NCBI GenBank assembly: GCA_964057225.1
Contig: OZ059899.1
Coordinates: 7,130,001-7,194,000, forward strand
DNA: 64,000 bases
Direction of reading: 5' to 3'
DNA from: Auanema rhodensis
Lineage: Eukaryota > Animalia > Nematoda
Part shown: positions 60,245 to 64,000 of the stretch, one piece after another
How the letters are laid out: every line of letters starts with the position of its first letter
Numbering within the stretch: position 1 is the stretch's first letter
Notes under the pieces: generated by a model
The model's database searches: none
The model's input: only the letters and a program-made list of their open reading frames with translations
Told to the model about the DNA's origin: nothing
Made by a program: the position numbers and the translations under genes

Positions 60245-63200
60245 TTATTCAACCTTGAAGATTTCACGAGGAAGCGCTTCGGTTTCTGCTGAATCGACGG
60301 TACCCAGGAAAAGCATACCAGCATTATGACTGATATCTTTCAGCATGTTCAATGCAGATGGAAGCTGAGTAAACAGCTTATGAGCATCTTCTCCATAAAG
60401 AGATTCCAGATATCTGAAAAGGAATAGAACAGTCTAATTCAGATAAATTGATAAGAAAGGAGAGAAAAATTTAGAAATTGCAACATACCGACGCAAGATT
60501 TTACAATAATGATCATGGAAGATGCTGATTTGTTGTTTATCACGCTCATCTGTGATACAATCACGAGGAGAGAACATAACTATCAACATAATTAAGGCAA
60601 TGGCTAAGTCATTTGTTCGAATATCGTCATGGAAGAATTGGAAGAATCTGTTGATTATTTCATATAAAATCTCATTTATTGTGGTTAACTTACTCATATA
60701 CACGATGTTTTTGCTCTCCGTGACTATCTTTTAACTGGTCGAACATATCAAATGGAACTTCTCCCTTAACTGTTGGGGACCGCCAAACTCCTTTGGATCC
60801 ATCGAATCGTGTTAAGCCGCGAATCGTCAACATCTCAACCATGGCAGCTGAAAAACAAATAAATTTATGATGAAGATAAGTTAAGCTAAGCATACCTTTC
60901 AATAAAGCGAATTTGCCATCTTGTGATAAATCATTGAATGCGGGTAGTCGTTTTGCCATTTTAACAAGACGCCTCATGGCAACATCCATGATATTCATAA
61001 TATCAGCAGGAGTCTTATTCGTCTTCAAGAATGATTCGCGTTGACGTCCCTGTTCCATAGGATCATTCATGCCTTTGAAAGCTTCAGCAACCATATCAAG
61101 GTCCCGAAGTTCCATGGCATTCAGTTGGAAACTAAGGCGAGGATCAGAGGAGCCATATAAAGGAACATTCTAAAAGTAATATATTGATATTATTGCAAAA
61201 GAAGAATAATAAGTAGCATACTTCTAGCACTCCTCTACTTGTTTGTCCTTGCAAAACTTGTGGGCTGTCAATTTTAAGAGCATCCTGAAAAAGATTTCCA
61301 TATTTAGCTGTTCATTAAGTTTAAGCAAGGTTTTGAAAAATTGTCACTTTTTCGCTGCACTTGAATATGATCTCACAAACCTCTATAGTTTTGTCAAAGT
61401 AAACTTTCATACTAGCAACCTTCTCAGCATAATCAGAATTGGAATATCCGCATCCACCAGCAGCAGTTTGATCCGTTCCCGGCACGGCAGCAGTTGCGGA
61501 ATTTCCAATTTCAATGTACGTCGGCAAAGCTGGAATAACTAAACGTTGCATTACTATGACTATCCAAATAGCATTGAAAGTTTAAAAATTTACCTGGAAC
61601 ACCTGTACGAGCAGTGGGTTGAATCATTGTGGGACTGTTAACAGGCATTCCTTGTATAGGACTACAGAATGTTCGGGGTTGTGGGCTACCAAGACTAGGA
61701 GAGTACGATGGTCTGAAAAATGATTGCTTTAATGAAACCGCATTTAAGTAGTTGATATACCTTTTGTTTGGTGGCTCTTCTCCTGGTTTACTTCCAGCTA
61801 GCTGAACTAAATTCTGGTAATCATCTATTGTCAGAATGACTTTTCCAGATTGAGTATCAACTGTAACTGGAGATGGAGTACTCGGGTTAGGTCGGACAAT
61901 TGTTGAGCGTAGTCTTTGCTGCATCACGAGATTAGGATCATACTGAAATACAAGTGTGTAAAAAACAGGATAAAATAACAAAAATTGGAAAAGTGTGCAA
62001 AACTTTGAACTAAGCGTTAGCATTTACTAATGAAAAACTAATAGCAACTAAACACATAAAGACTAAAACTACAACTACAAAGGTTGATACTAATGATAAG
62101 CCATGTCAAGCTATGAAAAGCTTTACTCACAGCATCAGGACTTCTTTGACCTCCTAAGAGTCCGATAGATCGCGACGGCGGAGAATCTGAGGCCGTCGAG
62201 CCGTTAGGGCTAATCAATGGATACTGAAGAAATGAGGTGAATATAAGGCTAATCCTCTTATTTTTTTCTTCTATTCTACATTTTTTTAAATACATATATA
62301 ATCATTTAACATTTGTTTTTACGAGAAAAAAATTTCCCAATCAAGAAATTGAAAATTGAAATGTCATATAGGATTATAAACATCATCTCACATCAGGAGG
62401 AGGTAAATTAGGTAACTGTAATTTGCATAAAATCACTTCAAAGTTTCTTGATTGGTAATTTGATTGATTATTGTTATAGTAATTTTCTACTTCATACTGA
62501 AAACACGTGTCGAGTGATAGCAAATGTTAAACATAACCTACCGCAGCACCAGGAGGGCTGACAAGTGGAGCAGCTACACCACGACCATTCATGGGAACGA
62601 GCTAGAAGAAGACGATATCAATACGAGTATGAACATCAGTCATGAATATCTTTTCTCATTCTCGTAAAATAATTTCATTTTCTCTCCAACATTGAAATCA
62701 TAGTTCCCATAAAAGTTCTCGGTACTAATTGGTTGATGGAATTCATATTTCCCATAAAATATTACAAGACAACATGAGAATTTTGAGACAATTTCAAAAA
62801 TAATTTTTGCCCTACTATATCTTTTAACCAAATATAGTATATATAGTATATATAATATATAATATAACATACTTAATAACTGTACTTTATGTTGTAACAT
62901 TCGCAATCATTTTTTTTACACTTTTGAGAAATAAAAAGAACTCGCAAATATCAATAAATTCGAGATTTTTCAAAATCAATCTCGATAATTTATTTCTCTA
63001 TATCACAATAATGAGCAAACATGTCAACGTGTTGATCGGCTAAATGATCAGAGTATAACTGATGAGTAAGCTATTCTGACATAATAGTCATCTAAGTCTG
63101 CTGATGTAAATGAGTTTGTCTGTTACTGAAATGAATCCTGCGGTGTTTTCGACAGGATCATAATCAAAGAAACTTTTTGACAGAAACTTCACTTTGTGCT

Positions 63201-64000
63201 TACAATTGGAAATATGGTATTTTAGTTCAAAACAACAAAAATAAAAAATTAGATGATAGTAAAGACAGCATTTACATCAATCAATTTCCTCCATAAACCT
63301 TGCACACTATATCTTTTAAAGTTGTTTTTAAAAATTTTATAAAGTATAAACTCTGAAGATAAGATATACCTGAGGTTGCTTCATCTTGTTTTGATTTGCA
63401 AGATTATTCAGTCGGGAATTTTTCCTTCGTCTTAATTGCTCATCATTAAGAATCCATTCTTTCTTCATGCCAACCTACAATGTTATTTTCAATTCAAATT
63501 TTCGAATGAATTTTGTATAAAACTTACAGCAAAACATTTCCGTAAACGACATTTTTGGCAGAAGCGACGGCTAACTGCATTAATTTCGCAATCTTCAGAA
63601 TATGGACATTTGAACTCCTGAAACATTTACGAAATCAATAAACTAAATTAGTATCGTTTTATGAAACATAAAAATGGCCATCAATTGAATAGTTTTCCAT
63701 ATATTTAAAAAATATGCAAACCGTTCAAATTAAAATCAAATTAAATGAAAAATTTGAATTTAGATTGTGTATCGCCGAAGACTTCTATGACCCTCGGGTA
63801 TTATTAAATCAATGAAAATGTTTCACAATTGAAATTCTTGATGAAAAAAACAAAAGTTCTCAACAACAAACTTCGGAGACGTCGACAAAAACAAAAAATA
63901 TAGAGAGAAACAGAGAAACTCATGATACTTTGACATCATCATGCTATTGGATATCGTACCTTCGGTCGCAATGCATTCCTTCGGAAGAAAGCTTTACAGG
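60245..64000 (-). CDS. daf-12: Nuclear hormone receptor DAF-12 (5' end lies beyond the window)
   Basis: [17 protein letters not shown]|[29 protein letters not shown]|[10 protein letters not shown]; [57 protein letters not shown]. Confidence 0.97.

Overview
AT-rich eukaryotic DNA, almost certainly a rhabditid (clade V) nematode: many ~40-50 nt introns, trans-splice acceptors just before ATGs, operon-like spacing, and proteins close to C. elegans orthologues. The ORF track shows exon fragments only, so CDS coordinates below span introns and were spliced by eye. Gene order: truncated RHBDD1-like rhomboid (-), cogc-6 (-), vps-45 (+), claudin-like Clc gene (-), transthyretin-like gene with a long tail (+), an unannotated 61-aa three-exon microprotein gene (+), alh-10/ALDH8A1 (-), COMT-like (-), ShKT protein (-), three tandem DUF1057 hydrolases (-), sel-12 (-), an ostd-1/mrpl-28/acs-11 operon (+), yap-1 (+), pi-class GST (+), tRNA-Pro(UGG), and the 3' part of daf-12 (-). 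Most notable: (1) the 270-bp tandem repeat in the last vps-45 intron is an array of four SNORD53-like box C/D snoRNAs; (2) about 10 let-7-family seed sites lie downstream of the daf-12 stop; (3) the hidden microprotein gene; (4) a possible in-frame extra exon behind the stop codon of the claudin-like gene; (5) relaxed splice signals (GC donors, GAG/AAG acceptors). No database searches were run; family calls come from recognised motifs.
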